Below, one piece after another: positions 38,652 to 49,686 of a stretch of 64,000 bases of DNA. Under the pieces are notes generated by a model, which saw only the letters and a program-made list of their open reading frames with translations, searched no databases and had not been told where the DNA came from. The DNA is taken from contig CADALJ010000001.1 of assembly GCA_902788735.1 (NCBI GenBank), positions 4,005 through 68,004 of the forward strand, written 5' to 3'. Origin of the DNA: an uncultured Erysipelotrichaceae bacterium. GTDB taxonomy: Bacteria > Bacillota_I > Bacilli_A > RF39 > UBA660. Numbering within the stretch: the first letter of the stretch is position 1; each line of letters opens with the position of its first letter. Position numbers and translations under genes: made by a program.

Positions 38652-39530
38652 ATGGAAAGTATAATTGTAATAGTAGGACCTACTGGAGTAGGTAAAACTA
38701 AAATGAGTATAGAATTAGCTAAAAGACTAGATGCCGAGATTATTAATGGAGACTCTGTAGCTATTTATAAAGATTTGAATATAGGTAGCGCTAAACCAAC
38801 TATTGAAGAGCGAGAAGGTATACCACATCACTTAATAGACATTAAAGAAGTAACAGATGACTATTCAGTATATGATTACCAAATAGATTGCCGTAAAGCT
38901 ATAGATGATATAACTAATAGAGGTAAAAGAGTAATTATAGTAGGTGGTACTGGTCTTTATATAAAAGCAGCTTTATATGATTATAATTTTACTAAAGGTA
39001 CTACAAATAAAGCATATGAAAACTTAACTAACGAAGAGATATTAGATAAGATTAGTAAATATGATTTATATCTATCTAGCACATTAGAAGTAAATAATAG
39101 ACAAAGATTAGTAAGAGTATTAAATAAATTAGAAAATAAAGAAGTATTTACTAATAATAAAGATAAATTATTATATCCTATTAAAGTAATTGGATTAACT
39201 ACTGATAGAGACTATTTATATGAAAGAATAAATAAACGTGTAGATATAATGATTAACAATGGATTATTAGATGAAATTAATAGTCTTAAAGATAAATATA
39301 AAAGTTCTAGAATACTTAATAGTGGAATAGGGTATAAAGAGTTTTATGATTACTTATTTAATTCTAAAGATTTAGATAGTGTTATAGAAAGTATAAAACA
39401 AGACTCTCGTAGATTTGCTAAAAGACAATACACTTTCTTCAATCATCAATTTGATACTAAATGGATAGAAGTAGATTTTAGTAATTTTAATAATACAATA
39501 GAAGAAGTAATGAATTACATAAAAAAATAG
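38652..39530 (+). CDS. miaA: tRNA dimethylallyltransferase
   Basis: P-loop GPTGVGKT and DSVAIYKDLNIGSAKP motifs. Confidence 0.9.
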   Translation: MESIIVIVGPTGVGKTKMSIELAKRLDAEIINGDSVAIYKDLNIGSAKPTIEEREGIPHHLIDIKEVTDDYSVYDYQIDCRKAIDDITNRGKRVIIVGGTGLYIKAALYDYNFTKGTTNKAYENLTNEEILDKISKYDLYLSSTLEVNNRQRLVRVLNKLENKEVFTNNKDKLLYPIKVIGLTTDRDYLYERINKRVDIMINNGLLDEINSLKDKYKSSRILNSGIGYKEFYDYLFNSKDLDSVIESIKQDSRRFAKRQYTFFNHQFDTKWIEVDFSNFNNTIEEVMNYIKK

Positions 39531-39556
39531 AAGTTAACATTAGTTAACTTCTTTTA
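39531..39556. terminator. bidirectional terminator between miaA and the convergent transglutaminase-like gene
   Basis: Hairpin gaagttaac-atta-gttaacttc with flanking T-run. Confidence 0.55.
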
Positions 39557-40472
39557 CTTCTATAAAAATATTTTGATCAAAATTATGTTGTGACTTTTCT
39601 AATTCCAATAACTTTTTAGTATCAATTAACATATAATCATGAAGAACATCATCAGTACCATCACTTAATACAGGATCATCCCAAGTAAGATCTATATGAT
39701 ACCATTTATCTTTAATTTTAACTACATTCCATATATGTAAATAAGAAGACACACGATAACTTTTTAATCCCATCTTTTCAAAAAATAATTCCATTAAATC
39801 AGTATATCCACCACATATTGCATATCCTTCAAAAAGTGGTCCATATGCTGTATCAGATTTATATTTAACAATATTTTTATCACTTCTATCTGAATCATAT
39901 TTAGTATTTTCTACAATATAATCATGGAATGCTTTTATATTGTCTTGAACTGATATATTATCATTATAAATTTCTTTATATATTTCATCAATTTTCTTAT
40001 TAATTTTTTCAATATCACTCTTACTATAATGTCTTTCAATACTAATAGTAACTTTTCCCAAATTATCAAATTCAGTTTCTATATGTGAAAAAGAATTATA
40101 TGGATGAACATAATTATTTATATTAGATAATAGAGTTTGATTATTTGCAATATTTTCAACATCATCTATACAATTTTCATACTCATTTCTAGGACAATAA
40201 AAAGTGAATTCATCAACACCAGAATTAATAACAGTATAATAAACATTTAATAAATCTTGATAATTACTAGGTACCTTATTAGATATATTCTGTACAAATT
40301 TAAAGTCATAATTTCTATAATATTCATTAACATCAGTAATACTAACTTTAGCATTATTAGAAGAAAAATGAGTATTAAATAAAGTAATAATACTATCTTT
40401 TCTAATTAAAATAACACCAGTAAGTATCATTAATAAACCAATTGTAAATACTAGTCTAGCTACTTTCTTCAT
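39540..40472 (-). CDS. membrane-anchored transglutaminase-like cysteine protease domain protein
   Basis: N-terminal TM; Cys-His-Asp core ICGGYTDLM..YHIDLTWDD. Confidence 0.65.
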   Translation of the reverse strand: MKKVARLVFTIGLLMILTGVILIRKDSIITLFNTHFSSNNAKVSITDVNEYYRNYDFKFVQNISNKVPSNYQDLLNVYYTVINSGVDEFTFYCPRNEYENCIDDVENIANNQTLLSNINNYVHPYNSFSHIETEFDNLGKVTISIERHYSKSDIEKINKKIDEIYKEIYNDNISVQDNIKAFHDYIVENTKYDSDRSDKNIVKYKSDTAYGPLFEGYAICGGYTDLMELFFEKMGLKSYRVSSYLHIWNVVKIKDKWYHIDLTWDDPVLSDGTDDVLHDYMLIDTKKLLELEKSQHNFDQNIFIEVKEVN

Positions 40473-40551
40473 ATATATTATCCTCTAGTATCATTTTATT
40501 ATAAATAATAATTAAAGTAAATAAAAAAACCAATTATTTATAATTGATTTT

Positions 40552-40815
40552 TTATTCCATATTATTCTTCATTTTAGTTAATCTAGATTTTAATCTAGCT
40601 GCTTTATTTTTATGAATTTTTCCACTAGCGCAAGCTTTATCAACTCTTTGAACAGCTATATTTAAATTGTTACTAGCAGCTTCTTTGTTTCCGGCTTTAA
40701 CTTCTTTCTCGAATTTTTTAACTGCAGTCTTCATGCTAGCAGTAATTAATGTATTAACATCTGCTTTTTTAGCATTAGAACGCATTCTCTTTTTAGCACT
40801 TTTAATATTTGGCAT
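40552..40815 (-). CDS. rpsT: 30S ribosomal protein S20
   Basis: MPNIKSAKKRMRSNAKK; 87 aa. Confidence 0.9.
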   Translation of the reverse strand: MPNIKSAKKRMRSNAKKADVNTLITASMKTAVKKFEKEVKAGNKEAASNNLNIAVQRVDKACASGKIHKNKAARLKSRLTKMKNNME

Positions 40816-40945
40816 AATCTCACCTCACTTTTGTAAACAAGATAATTCTATCAAAAAATAAAGAAAAATGCAAACATTTTATATAAAAAAACATATTTCT
40901 ACAAAATAAACTAATATTTAGAATTATATTAATCATGGTGATTAT

Positions 40946-41833
40946 ATGAAAAAAAAGAATAAATTAAAGAAATTATTTATCATTTCAATGATTACTATAG
41001 GTATTATTATTAGTTATAAAAGAGTAGAATCATCTAAAATAAAAATAAGTAATAAGGATTTTACTGATTTAATAATAAATAATACCTACACATATAAAGA
41101 TGAAAATATAGTATTAAAAACAATAAATACTGTAATAAATAAAAACAATCCAATAAAATTAATGAATACTGATTATAAAAAGTATTTAAGTAATACAACA
41201 GAACCCGTAATAACAGAAGAAACCCTTCCTTTAATATATTTATATAATTCTCACCAAACAGAAGAATATAAGGCATCTAACTATGCAGAATTTAGTGTTA
41301 ATCCAACAATTATTATGAATGATTATATCCTAGAAGATATATTTAATAAAAATGGATATAAAACTATAGTAGAGGAAAGATCTATAAAAGAAATATTAAA
41401 TAAAAATAATTGGAATTATACATATAGTTATAAAGCAAGTAGACAATTACTAGAAGAAAGTATTATTAAATATCCAAGTTTAAAATACTTTATAGATATA
41501 CATAGAGATAGCTTACCTCACGATAAAACAATAGTTAGTATAAACGGAAAAGACTACGCCAAAGTAATATTCTTAATAGGATTAGAAAATGAGAATTATC
41601 AAAAAAATTTAGAATTTACAGAAAAAATTAATAATAAAATGAATGAATTATATCCTAATTTAAGTAAAGGTATATATAAAAAAGGAGGACCAGGAGTAAA
41701 TGGAGTATATAATCAAGACTTTTCTCCATATACAATACTAATAGAAGTAGGGGGATATGAAAATACTACTAATGAAGTATTAAATACCATAATAGCTTTT
41801 TCTAAATGTTTTATGGAGGTTATTAATGAATAA
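40946..41833 (+). CDS. spoIIP: stage II sporulation protein P (SpoIIP amidase/peptidase)
   Basis: N-terminal TM; IYLYNSHQTEEY; FIDIHRD; ILIEVGGYENTTNE. Adjacent to rpsT as in Bacillus. Confidence 0.75.
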   Translation: MKKKNKLKKLFIISMITIGIIISYKRVESSKIKISNKDFTDLIINNTYTYKDENIVLKTINTVINKNNPIKLMNTDYKKYLSNTTEPVITEETLPLIYLYNSHQTEEYKASNYAEFSVNPTIIMNDYILEDIFNKNGYKTIVEERSIKEILNKNNWNYTYSYKASRQLLEESIIKYPSLKYFIDIHRDSLPHDKTIVSINGKDYAKVIFLIGLENENYQKNLEFTEKINNKMNELYPNLSKGIYKKGGPGVNGVYNQDFSPYTILIEVGGYENTTNEVLNTIIAFSKCFMEVINE

Positions 41834-42116
41834 TATAATTAAAGTAATACTAGTAGTAATTATAATACTATTCTTATCATTATACTTTAGTAATTATAAT
41901 AATGATTACTATCAATCAAAAACATATCTAACAGAAGAAGCTATTAAAAAGTATGAAAAAGATTTAAAAGAAGGTAAAAATATAACTATAAAAAACTATA
42001 TACCCAAAGAAAAAGACTATAATAATAAAGTCTCTGAATTAGGAATAAAAACATCTAATTTTATAGATAAAATGATTAATAAAAGTCTTAAGTATTTAGC
42101 AAAATACCTTGAGTAA
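41826..42116 (+). CDS. small membrane-anchored protein (96 aa), overlaps the spoIIP stop
   Basis: ORF with an N-terminal TM. Confidence 0.4.
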   Translation: MNNIIKVILVVIIILFLSLYFSNYNNDYYQSKTYLTEEAIKKYEKDLKEGKNITIKNYIPKEKDYNNKVSELGIKTSNFIDKMINKSLKYLAKYLE

Positions 42117-42172
42117 TTTGAAAATAAAGGCTATTTATGATATAATTGATATATCTGTGAGGGGGATATCTT

Positions 42173-43513
42173 ATGGAAATGTTAATTAATGTTAAAGAGT
42201 TAAATGAAGTATGTGCACTACCTGATCGAAAGTATTCAACAGAAACACACTTTAATTTAGCAAATAGAGAAATGGTTCATGAAGTATTTAGATATCAAAA
42301 ATTTCAAGATGATTTTGCTGATAATATTAGATATGTATATAATACTAATGATAATAGCTTTATAGGTACATTTAAACCAAGTTATGATGAATTCTTAAGA
42401 ACTATTATAAAAACATTAAATTTAAAATCTAAAAGAGGTTTTATTGATAATGAAGAATTAACAAAAGTATTACTTGAAAGAGTAGATTTATTAAGTGGAT
42501 TACAAGATAGAACAGAATTACGTGGAGAATTTCCAGAATTAAATAAAATGTTAACTAAAGCCCAAGAATACTGGGATGAAATAGAAATGCATAAATCTAA
42601 TCCAATATATAAAGAAGAATATGGAAAAGAAGGAGATGGACAAGAACATTACTTTTTCCAATGTGGACTAAGGGCTAAAGGGATAAGAAAAGGTTTTGAT
42701 GGATTTGTTCCAACTCAAACAGAAATATATAAAAGATTTGTAACTAGAAGAGAACAATATAAGAAATTAGTAGAAAATTATAGTTATGATAATTTTATAA
42801 AAGAAAACTATGATATAAATAAATTAGCTATGTACATGGCTCATAAATATTTAACTATTTGTGAAAATACTCCTGATAGTAGAAGAGCATTAACTAGATA
42901 TAATAAAATATTAGAAAAGTATATAAATGAATCTAGTTATGACAAAGAAACACATATAAAAATAAATGGTGAATATATTACTTATAACAATATAATGGAA
43001 AGATATAACCATTTACAAGAAAGAATTAACAATCTATATGCTAAAGTACCATGGATAATTGCTCCTGAAGGTAAATTAGATAGATATGTAAGAAGAGGAC
43101 TTGACCCAATAAGTTATATTTTAACAGAAGAAGAATTAGAAAACATGAGACAAGCAAGACAAGATAAAGTAGACTTCTATAGTAAAAATGAACCATTATT
43201 AAAAGTATATGGAGTAGAAGAATTTAAAGGGTATATTGCTTATATCTATAAAAATGGAGAAGTATTATTAGATACAGCAACAGCAAAAGGTAATGCAATA
43301 TATCATATTCCAGCAAGATACTTTGAAATGGTTAGTGGGCTTGATAAACAGAAACTAATGCATCATCCAGCTGCAAAAAGAATAATTCATGCAGGTAACT
43401 GGCAAAGCCGTGCTCAAAAAGTTATTGATCAAGAAGGAACTTTAGAAGAACAACTTCAAGCAAAAAACTTAGTAGATAGAATAATTGAAGACAATGAAAA
43501 AAGAACTAAATAA
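42173..43513 (+). CDS. hypothetical soluble protein (446 aa), conserved-looking, unknown function
   Basis: Promoter TTGAAA-17-TATAAT at 42118-42146; GAGGGGGA RBS; no recognisable motif. Confidence 0.55.
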   Translation: MEMLINVKELNEVCALPDRKYSTETHFNLANREMVHEVFRYQKFQDDFADNIRYVYNTNDNSFIGTFKPSYDEFLRTIIKTLNLKSKRGFIDNEELTKVLLERVDLLSGLQDRTELRGEFPELNKMLTKAQEYWDEIEMHKSNPIYKEEYGKEGDGQEHYFFQCGLRAKGIRKGFDGFVPTQTEIYKRFVTRREQYKKLVENYSYDNFIKENYDINKLAMYMAHKYLTICENTPDSRRALTRYNKILEKYINESSYDKETHIKINGEYITYNNIMERYNHLQERINNLYAKVPWIIAPEGKLDRYVRRGLDPISYILTEEELENMRQARQDKVDFYSKNEPLLKVYGVEEFKGYIAYIYKNGEVLLDTATAKGNAIYHIPARYFEMVSGLDKQKLMHHPAAKRIIHAGNWQSRAQKVIDQEGTLEEQLQAKNLVDRIIEDNEKRTK

Positions 43514-43523
43514 TAGTTCTTTT

Positions 43524-44387
43524 TTATTGATATAATTCTTTTTTAATACTTTCTAAATTATCTTTCATAATAGAAATATAATCTTTCTTTTCACTTCGTT
43601 CTTGATCAGTAATATTATCTAATTTATGAAGTTCTGAAGTATTAATTGAATAGTTTTCCATAATAGCTTTTGCATTTTCAGAAAGTTCTTCACCATTAAA
43701 TTTAAATATATAACTAACTCCACCAGAATAAATGATATTTTCAGCATCAGAAAGTGTTTTTTGACTAGCATTATCATCTATACAAATAACATTAAGTCCA
43801 AACTTTTCTAAATAATTTAGTGCACTATTAGCAACTATAATAGTTCTATTATTAGTAGACTCACTAGCTAATCTATATTCAGCATCTAATTCTGATAAAT
43901 TAATTTTTAATTCATTATAAGCTTCATCTATATCTTTCTTTAAGTAAGCACTAGATGCATATTCTTTTAAACTACGTCTAACATTTTGACTCATCATAAG
44001 TAATGAACTAGGATTCAACCATAACTCTTCAGGAGAGTATTCAGTCTCTAATACATATGCGGTATCTATTATTTTTAATTCAGGATTAATCGCAAGTAAT
44101 TCTAATGCAAGATTTCTTTCTTTGTCAATTAATCCATTATATACAAATAAATCACTTCTAGCATATTCATTCTTTTGTTTTTTACTAATCTTATAATTAT
44201 CAATTAATATACCATCAGGATATATTGAAGTAATAGTAGAGTGCTTATCATATAAACTTCTAACTATATATTCGTTTGCATAATTAGTAACAACAATATC
44301 TATCTCATCCATAGAGTCATTTGCACAACCACTAACTATAAATGGAATAATTAATATAATTAATAAAAATAATATTTTCTTTTTCAT
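43524..44387 (-). CDS. lipoprotein (substrate-binding-like fold)
   Basis: Lipobox IVSGC after the signal peptide. Confidence 0.6.
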   Translation of the reverse strand: MKKKILFLLIILIIPFIVSGCANDSMDEIDIVVTNYANEYIVRSLYDKHSTITSIYPDGILIDNYKISKKQKNEYARSDLFVYNGLIDKERNLALELLAINPELKIIDTAYVLETEYSPEELWLNPSSLLMMSQNVRRSLKEYASSAYLKKDIDEAYNELKINLSELDAEYRLASESTNNRTIIVANSALNYLEKFGLNVICIDDNASQKTLSDAENIIYSGGVSYIFKFNGEELSENAKAIMENYSINTSELHKLDNITDQERSEKKDYISIMKDNLESIKKELYQ

Positions 44388-44399
44388 AAATTCTCCTTT

Positions 44400-44618
44400 T
44401 TATTTATCTTTTTTTGGTACTGGATCATATATGTTTTTACTTAATGGGTTACATCTCATAATTCTTTTAATTCCCATATAAGTTCCTTTAAATGATCCAT
44501 ATTCTTTAATTGCTTCTTTAGTATACTCTGAACAAGTAGGAATAAACCTACATTGTTTGTGTGAAGAAAATGGAATTTTTTGATATAAATTGATTAGTGA
44601 AATAAGTATCCATTTCAT
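44400..44618 (-). CDS. yidD: membrane protein insertion efficiency factor YidD
   Basis: CRFIPTCSEY and GIKRIMRCNP motifs. Confidence 0.8.
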   Translation of the reverse strand: MKWILISLINLYQKIPFSSHKQCRFIPTCSEYTKEAIKEYGSFKGTYMGIKRIMRCNPLSKNIYDPVPKKDK

Positions 44619-44697
44619 ATTATCACCAAATTAATTTTACTATTATTCATCTTTTTTTTCAAGACTAATAATGTTATAATGAAAGAGGTGAGACAAA

Positions 44698-45221
44698 TGG
44701 AATTAATAAAAGAAACAGATTTACGTAATGAAATTAATAATATTATATTAAAAGATGAACAAAAACTATTAAAGATGTATTACGCAGGTAATGGAGATTT
44801 ATATATGTCTATGAGTGATGGAAAAAGACTAGATAGAGAATATGGTGGATCTATTTTCATGGATATAAGAGAAGAAGATGGTAGTATATATGACGCTACA
44901 TATAATCTATATAGTAGAATTATGGATGAAAATAAAATTAATCCTAGAAATATAATAGATGAAGATAATAATGTAGTATGGTTAGATGATGATAGACAAG
45001 AAAATGAAGCAGATAAATTTATGATTCAAAATTATGGAGAAGTAATAAGATTAAAATTCGTTAGAATAGGTGATAATAAATTATTTAATCGTAAAAATTC
45101 AAGATGCATTACTATTAGATTTAGTATGGATGGTTCTAGATACCATGAATATGCTAATGAATTTGCTACATTTTATAGAGATTTAAATGAAATAGAAAAA
45201 GGAAAACAATATAGAAAATAG
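44698..45221 (+). CDS. hypothetical protein (174 aa)
   Basis: AGAGGTGA RBS then ATG at 44698; no motif. Confidence 0.5.
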
Positions 45222-45229
45222 GTGATACT

Positions 45230-45889
45230 ATGGAAGAATTATTTAATAAATTAGGAATAACTCCTAAAGATATTAATCTTTATAAAACAGCTTTTTCTCA
45301 TAGTTCATATGTTAATGAACATAAAGTAAAAAATGATTATGAAAGATTAGAGTTTGTTGGAGATGCAGTACTAGACTTAGTAATTGCAGATTATTTATAT
45401 AATAAATATAGGGAAACTGAAGGAGAAATGACTAAGATAAGAGCTAGTTATGTATGTGAAAATGCTAACTACTGTTATTCTGAAGGGTTAGGTCTAGAAA
45501 ACTATATATTAGTAGGTAATGGAGAAAAAGAATCAGGACTAAAGAAAGCAATTGTTGCTGATATATTTGAAGCATTAATGGGAGCAATATATATAGATTT
45601 AGGATATGCTACTGCAAGAAATACTATATTAAGAATAATAGTTCCATATATAGAAGATCCTAATGTAAATTTCTTTAGTGATTATAAATCTTCACTTCAA
45701 GAAATGGTGCAAACTTCTCAAAAGTCACTTGAATATAACTTAGTAAATGAAGAAGGACCTGCTCATGACAAAAGATTTACTGTAGAAGTAAAAATAGATG
45801 ATATAGTATATGGAGTAGGTAATGGAACTACTAAAAAAGAAGCAGAGCAAGAAGCAGCTAAAGTTGCTTTAGAAAAAATGGCTAAATAA
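45230..45889 (+). CDS. rnc: ribonuclease III
   Basis: RNase III signature ERLEFVGDAVLDLV plus a C-terminal dsRBD. Confidence 0.9.
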   Translation: MEELFNKLGITPKDINLYKTAFSHSSYVNEHKVKNDYERLEFVGDAVLDLVIADYLYNKYRETEGEMTKIRASYVCENANYCYSEGLGLENYILVGNGEKESGLKKAIVADIFEALMGAIYIDLGYATARNTILRIIVPYIEDPNVNFFSDYKSSLQEMVQTSQKSLEYNLVNEEGPAHDKRFTVEVKIDDIVYGVGNGTTKKEAEQEAAKVALEKMAK

Positions 45890-45967
45890 TAATTAGTCTT
45901 TTTTTTTATAAAGAAATATGTTATAATGATAATGCTGTTTATCCGTAATATTATGAAAGGAGAAATT

Positions 45968-47620
45968 ATGAGTAAAATTAAAATATTCGCTTTAGGCGGA
46001 TTAAATGAAAATGGAAAGAATATGTATGTTGTCAATGTAGACAATGACATATTTGTATTTGATGCCGGGTTAAAATATGATAATGATATTAATTTAGGAA
46101 TTGATTATATAATTCCAAACTTTGATTATTTAATTAAAAATAGAAAGAATGTAAAAGGTATATTTTTAACACATGGACATGAAGGTAATATGGGAGCTAT
46201 TCCTGATATATTAGAAAAATTACCTGAAATACCAGTATATGGTACTAAATTAACTTTAGAAATAGTAAAAAGAGATATGACTCTTGAATCTATTAAGAAA
46301 AGTCATTTAATAGAAATAAAACCCCATGTAAAACAATCTTTTGGAAAAAATTCAATATTTCCAATTAGTGTAACACATTCTATTCCAGATGCAGTATGTT
46401 ATGTATTATATACTGAAGATGGAGCAATAGTTTATACAGGAGATTTCACATTTGATTCTACAATGACAGGATCATATAAAACGGATATAGGTAAACTTGC
46501 TTATGTAGGAAAACAAGGTGTTTTATGTTTAATGGCTGAATCATTCTATGCAGATAGAACAGGTCATACATCACCTAATAATAGATGTGAAGCATTTATA
46601 AGAGAAGTATTAAACAAAAGTAAAAATAGAATAATAGCTACTATTACAACAGCACATTTCTATCGTATACAAGAAATATTTAATGAAGTAAGTACAACAC
46701 ACAGAAAAATAGTAATTATGGGTAAACAACTACAAGAAACAATAAATTCAGCAATTGCTGAAGGATACTTACAAATTAATAAAGAAAAGATAGGAACATT
46801 AGCTGACTTAGAAAGTGATAATGTATTAGTATTAATCTCAGATGAAAAAGAAAAGCCATTTGCTAACTTAGAAAGAATTATAAAAGGATTTGATAAGTTT
46901 ATTAGTATTAAAGATACTGATACAATATTTATTACTGAACCAAGTTATCCAGGTATTGAAAGACGTCTAGCCTTACTTATGGATGAAATAGCTATGCTAG
47001 GAGCAGATGCAGTATGCTTATCTCAAAAGAAGCATTTACTACATCATGCATCAGGAGAAGACTTAATGTTATTAATTGACTTGATGCAACCTAAATACTA
47101 TTTCCCAGTAAAAGGTGAATATAGAAATCAATACGTTAATGCAGAAATAGCAGAATCAGTTGGAATACCTAAAGAAAATATTATTTTAAAACTAAATGGT
47201 GATGTTTTTGAAATGGATAATGGAGAACAAGTTGAAACATTTGAACATATTGATACAGACCAAATCTTAATAGATGGAAATAATAGTGGAGATATTGGTG
47301 ATTTAGTATTAAAAGATAGAGAAATGTTAGCTTCAAATGGTATTGTTATTATTAGTTGTACTCTTGATAAAGAAACTAAAAAGATTCTAGGTGGACCAGA
47401 AATTCTAACACGTGGATTTATCTATGTTAAAGAAAGCCAAGATCTATTAGAAGAAACTAAGAGATTAGCAAGAGAAGTTATAGAAGAAAATATAGAAGAA
47501 AATCAAAAAAGAATTGATTACTCTAAAATAAAAAATGATGTTAGAGATGTTCTAGGTAAATTCTTCTATCAAGAAACAGAAGCTAAACCAATGGTTATCA
47601 CAGTAATACAAGAAGTATAA
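45968..47620 (+). CDS. rnj: ribonuclease J (metallo-beta-lactamase/beta-CASP)
   Basis: HGHEGNMGA motif and beta-CASP domains. ATG at 45968 behind GAAAGGAGA preferred over the longer ORF-track start. Confidence 0.9.
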   Translation: MSKIKIFALGGLNENGKNMYVVNVDNDIFVFDAGLKYDNDINLGIDYIIPNFDYLIKNRKNVKGIFLTHGHEGNMGAIPDILEKLPEIPVYGTKLTLEIVKRDMTLESIKKSHLIEIKPHVKQSFGKNSIFPISVTHSIPDAVCYVLYTEDGAIVYTGDFTFDSTMTGSYKTDIGKLAYVGKQGVLCLMAESFYADRTGHTSPNNRCEAFIREVLNKSKNRIIATITTAHFYRIQEIFNEVSTTHRKIVIMGKQLQETINSAIAEGYLQINKEKIGTLADLESDNVLVLISDEKEKPFANLERIIKGFDKFISIKDTDTIFITEPSYPGIERRLALLMDEIAMLGADAVCLSQKKHLLHHASGEDLMLLIDLMQPKYYFPVKGEYRNQYVNAEIAESVGIPKENIILKLNGDVFEMDNGEQVETFEHIDTDQILIDGNNSGDIGDLVLKDREMLASNGIVIISCTLDKETKKILGGPEILTRGFIYVKESQDLLEETKRLAREVIEENIEENQKRIDYSKIKNDVRDVLGKFFYQETEAKPMVITVIQEV

Positions 47621-47638
47621 TTTTATACTTCTTTATAT

Positions 47639-47715
47639 GTATCCGTAGCTCAGTAGGATAGAGCAGTCGCCTCCTAAGCGACAGGTCATGAGTTCAATTC
47701 TCGTCGGGTACACCA
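47639..47715 (+). tRNA. tRNA-Arg (anticodon CCT)
   Basis: Cloverleaf folded by hand: acceptor GTATCCG/CGGGTAC, D-arm GCTC..GAGC, anticodon loop CU-CCU-AA, T-arm ATGAG-TTCAATT-CTCGT, encoded CCA. Confidence 0.85.
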
Positions 47716-47724
47716 TTATAAAGA

Positions 47725-47757
47725 TAAAAGATTATGAAATTTATAATCTTTTTTTGC
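47725..47757 (+). terminator. intrinsic terminator after tRNA-Arg
   Basis: Hairpin aaagattat-gaaattt-ataatcttt followed by T6. Confidence 0.6.
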
Positions 47758-48109
47758 TGTATTAAAAATAATTGATTGTTAGAGCCTATTTTAGTAAGAC
47801 CTGAACGTAATGACTAGATATGAGATAATATCAGGTCATAGAAGAGTGTATGTGTTAAATAGAATAGGTATTAAAAATTTAAATGTATAATAAAAAAAAT
47901 ATCAAATGATCAAGCAATTATAGAGATGGTAGATTTCAATATTAAAAGAGAACGTATCTTCCAAAAATAAATATGTATCTCAACAATATATTTTAGTTAA
48001 TATAAATATCCAAAAACAGTAAAGAAGAGTATAATGTACACAACGTGGCTACTAGCCTATGTATTTTATGTAATATATAAATCAAAATATATATAAGCTG
48101 GTGGTTTAT

Positions 48110-48379
48110 ATGATAGAATATGCAAAAGAAGGTAAAAATGTAAATGAGTATATGATTCATGATGATGAATATTATTACAAAAGACTGAGAAAAAATATTA
48201 GATGTTATAGAAAAACAAAGCAATTGACACAACAAGAATTGGCGGACATTGCAGAATTAACAAGAGAATACATTTGCGATATAGAAAATGAAAAGCGTAA
48301 TAAACATCCATCTATTGCGGTAATTGGCAGAATAGCAGATGCACTAGAAGTTGATATAATTATGCTATTTAAAGAATAA
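48110..48379 (+). CDS. XRE-family helix-turn-helix transcriptional regulator (89 aa)
   Basis: HTH QLTQQELADIAELTREYICDIENEKRNKHPSIAVIGRIADAL. GGTGG RBS then ATG at 48110. Confidence 0.65.
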   Translation: MIEYAKEGKNVNEYMIHDDEYYYKRLRKNIRCYRKTKQLTQQELADIAELTREYICDIENEKRNKHPSIAVIGRIADALEVDIIMLFKE

Positions 48380-48719
48380 TTAGGTAGTCTTGTAAAAAGA
48401 TGATGAGAAAAGTGGTGAATAATTAAAAAGTACTATAGCATCATATTTGACTCAATAAAATATGCAAAAAAATTGCATATTTTTTTTATGAAAAAAGCAA
48501 ACGTACATATATAGTTTACTTGCCAAAAAATGTCAAAATTAGTCATAAAAATACGGAAAAAGGAAAAAATACTACCATTCGCGGAAAAAGTGTAGAATTT
48601 TACTACTTATATTATATAATATGTCCCCAAAAAAAATTTATATACATTAAAACGACCAAAATAGCCAAAAAATAGAAAGTATATAAATTAGTGTAGGGGG
48701 AAATGAAAATATACATAAT

Positions 48720-49205
48720 TTGTATATTAATAAAGTTATGAAAACCAGAAATAGAATGATTTTTGAATCAATTAATGAAATAGAAGAAGATCCTGATAAG
48801 TTTAATAGCTATTACACAAAATTATATGAAGTATGTAATGATTTACCATACGACTTTAGATCTAGATTAAGATATTTGCGTGAATGTATGGGATATACAC
48901 GTGAAAAATTAGAAGAAAAATCAAATATTAGTGTTCAAACAATAAAACAAATAGAAATAAATTCAAATAGAGGGTACACGGTAAGTACCATTTTAGCATT
49001 ATGCATTGGTATGAACTTACCTCCAGAACTTAGCTTTGAATTGATGAGGAAAAGTGATTATAACATTGAAACCAGTAGTTCAATATGTAATTGTGTGTAT
49101 TGTTATGTATTAAGAAATATGTATGATCTTAGTATAAATGATGTAAATAATTTTTTAAATAATATTGGTATAGAACCTTTAACAGGTGATAATTTAAGGA
49201 AATAA
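48720..49205 (+). CDS. XRE-like HTH domain protein (161 aa)
   Basis: Central HTH-like MGYTREKLEEKSNISVQTIKQIE..VSTILALCIGMNL. Start uncertain (48720 or 48738). Confidence 0.5.
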   Translation: MYINKVMKTRNRMIFESINEIEEDPDKFNSYYTKLYEVCNDLPYDFRSRLRYLRECMGYTREKLEEKSNISVQTIKQIEINSNRGYTVSTILALCIGMNLPPELSFELMRKSDYNIETSSSICNCVYCYVLRNMYDLSINDVNNFLNNIGIEPLTGDNLRK

Positions 49206-49363
49206 CAGTTGTTCCATTTCTATAATTAAAAAAGGTATCTTTGGCGTACTTTTAGTTAGTAATTAACTATGAGAAATTGATTATAGAAATGGAGGTGAAT
49301 CGATATTATTTAAAAAGTTATTTCTTTATGTACATATTAATAATTAATATAAAAGGAAATTAT

Positions 49364-49675
49364 ATGAATTATATTATTAATTACTCAGCATTAATAACAA
49401 TTATATGTACAATTGCAACATCATTGATTGCTTTTCTATCGTATAAAAATAATAATAAGTCCAAAAATAATCAAGATATTACTGAAAGAGTAAAACGAGA
49501 TACTGAAATATCTACAAAATTAGATATGATGATAACGAGTACATCAGAAGTAAAAGTTGAAATGAAAAGTTTAAATAATAAATTTGATGAGATGAGTGAA
49601 CGAATCGCAAAATGCGAGGAAAGCACTAAGCAAGCTCATGATAGAATTGACAAAATAGAGTTCAGATTAAATTAG
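49364..49675 (+). CDS. small membrane protein with C-terminal coiled coil (lysis-cassette accessory, XhlA-like architecture)
   Basis: AAAGGAA RBS then ATG at 49364; one N-terminal TM then a heptad-rich tail. The ORF-track start at 49277 lacks an RBS. Confidence 0.45.
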   Translation: MNYIINYSALITIICTIATSLIAFLSYKNNNKSKNNQDITERVKRDTEISTKLDMMITSTSEVKVEMKSLNNKFDEMSERIAKCEESTKQAHDRIDKIEFRLN

Positions 49676-49686
49676 AGGTGATGATT

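Noticed and set aside
40667-41276. Short ORFs antisense to rpsT (40667-40861) and spoIIP (41061-41276).
   Set aside because: Antisense to well-supported genes.
45763-46050. 95-aa minus-strand ORF spanning the rnc/rnj junction.
   Set aside because: Overlaps two conserved plus-strand genes; no RBS.
47993-48235. 80-aa minus-strand ORF overlapping the XRE gene start.
   Set aside because: AT-rich hydrophobic artefact; the plus-strand XRE HTH gene is the better call.
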